From Guillardia theta CCMP2712 (Eukaryota; Protista; Cryptophyta), in the NCBI RefSeq assembly GCF_000315625.1, contig NW_005434627.1, positions 475,380 through 539,379 of the forward strand: DNA of 64,000 bases, given 5' to 3'. The notes beneath the pieces are model-generated. The model was not told the DNA's origin, did no database searches, and saw only the letters and a list, made by a program, of their open reading frames with translations. Position 1 is the first letter of the stretch, and every line of letters starts with the position of its first letter. The position numbers and the translations under genes are program-made. Of the stretch, positions 62,688-64,000 are shown piece after piece.

Positions 62688-62707
62688 TTTACTCAAAGTT
62701 AAGTTAA
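62688..62707 (+). promoter_or_regulatory. Conserved motif TTTACTCAAAGTTAAGTTAA (copy C)
   Basis: 20/20 match to the reverse complement of 20194-20213; about 130 bp upstream of the giant gene start. Confidence 0.55.
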
Positions 62708-63399
62708 CAACTAGTACTGCTACTACTACGTGACTACTTGAAACTACCAAGTCTCACTGAGTCACTTTACTCATCAAACTCAAACTACTTCTACTCCTCT
62801 CAAGGGAGGATTTCAAGTTGCAAGTTAGCTTACCGTAACTCAGTGAATCAACATCACCTGCGACATCCCACTGACTACGGTCAGCAATCTCACTCTACTA
62901 CGTAACCCTCCCGATCGGTCCCCCGAAATGCAATTGAATTCATTGAGCCGTTGCCCTTCCCCTCCCCCTGACTTAAGCCTGGCAATATATCACAGCGGTA
63001 TCACTGCCATCTATTTGCTCAGCTCTGGGGATTGGCAGAGGCGAGCTTTCTTACAGGACAAGCCTCTCAAGCTCTTGATGCGAGTAGCTGCCCAAGACTC
63101 ACTGGGAGGGCCATGGAAGAGGAGTTGCCGTGAGTCAGTTTTGTGTTCGATTGAAAATGGACTTAGCTTCCGTTTGAGCACGATCAATCGGAATCATACA
63201 AACAGTGAGTAGCTCACCGATAACGGCCAACAGTTACTGTTATTCCATGAATTTGCTGTGGGCCAATCAAGGTAGTAGAAAAATGAAAATTCATCAGGAT
63301 ATAACAACCAACGGTTTGTTCAGGCGCTCATTCTAACTATACCATCTCGAGGCTCGGAACTTCATCTGTTTTGTGACATGCTTCCTGCCATCAGAAGGT

Positions 63400-64000
63400 C
63401 ATTGAGATGTTTTTGACCACGTTACAAGAAACCTTGAAGCCCCTCGGTCATGCACGTCAAGGAGCTTCTTCCATTGGAGTATCCTCCTCCTCAATCTTTC
63501 CTCTTCCACCCTGACCTAAAGCATGAACAAAGTCAGCCTCTTCTTTCATCGTCAGCAAACTAACCTTGAACTGTTCTTCATTTCTTTCTCGGTCTTCTAC
63601 GCTGATTTTCACCGAATTAGACCAAATTGAGATGATATCAGATATGCTCTGGAGGGTTTCCGATCCCTGCCTCAGTCGCTTGTAATTGCCGTTAGAATGC
63701 GTCGAGAGTTTCTGGCCTAACTTACCATATCTTGCTTGGCATAGATCAAGTCTGCCCAGCTCGAAAAAATATTCTTGACCTCAAATTGCCTCAAGTAGTG
63801 CCTGTGCAGTCTAGAGAAGGCCGCGCTCCAAACCCTGAACCGTTCGGAAGAGCCGTTAGACTTGATCATCAAATGAGATTGAATAACCTTCCACGATCTC
63901 TCCAAAAAGTATAGCATCGATGAAAGTCATGCACTTCGTCCCTCCAAGAATAGAACGCGACGGTCTGCAAAAACTATCAGAACTAGCAATGCGGTTTTTT
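63400..64000 (-). CDS. 3' part of a hypothetical helical protein (partial, runs off the window)
   Basis: GT/AG-bounded exons with periodic Trp, e.g. RSWKVIQSHL...RFRVWSAAF...IFSSWADLI and RLRRRILQWKKLL. Confidence 0.35.

Overview
This is eukaryotic nuclear DNA, intron-rich, with three N-gaps. Short (~50 nt) GT-AG introns with CTGAC-type branch sites sit alongside larger microsatellite-filled introns. This style and the gene content suggest a cryptophyte alga such as Guillardia (inference, not verified). Most entries in the six-frame ORF track are artefacts of intronic simple repeats, so I rebuilt genes by hand from splice sites. Recognisable genes are: a Nop6-like RRM protein, an HTH plus AT-hook protein, a PIH1/CS-domain protein, a leucine-zipper protein, MGST3-like MAPEG, an acylated ankyrin protein, an intronless truncated kinase, an AMFR/gp78-like E3 ligase, MYBBP1A/Pol5, and a ~16-kb gene for a giant single-pass surface protein. 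Four things are most interesting. (1) A 2.1-kb cassette flanked by ~136-bp direct repeats, duplicated 6.8 kb away. It encodes a coiled-coil protein with a cryptophyte-type AAA|F plastid presequence and a C-terminal domain with HEPN-like R-x-x-h-E / S-x-x-x-H motifs, i.e. a candidate mobile organelle-targeted nuclease or effector. (2) The giant mosaic receptor or adhesin, built from at least 16 copies of a beta-rich repeat I cannot name, plus a duplicated Trp-rich insert domain. (3) An exact 17-20 bp intergenic motif, TTTACTCAAAGTTAAGT(TAA), at three loci. (4) A recurring intergenic layout of G-skewed arm, A/T tract and palindrome-dense GC island. I recognised no rRNA, tRNA, CRISPR array or transposase.
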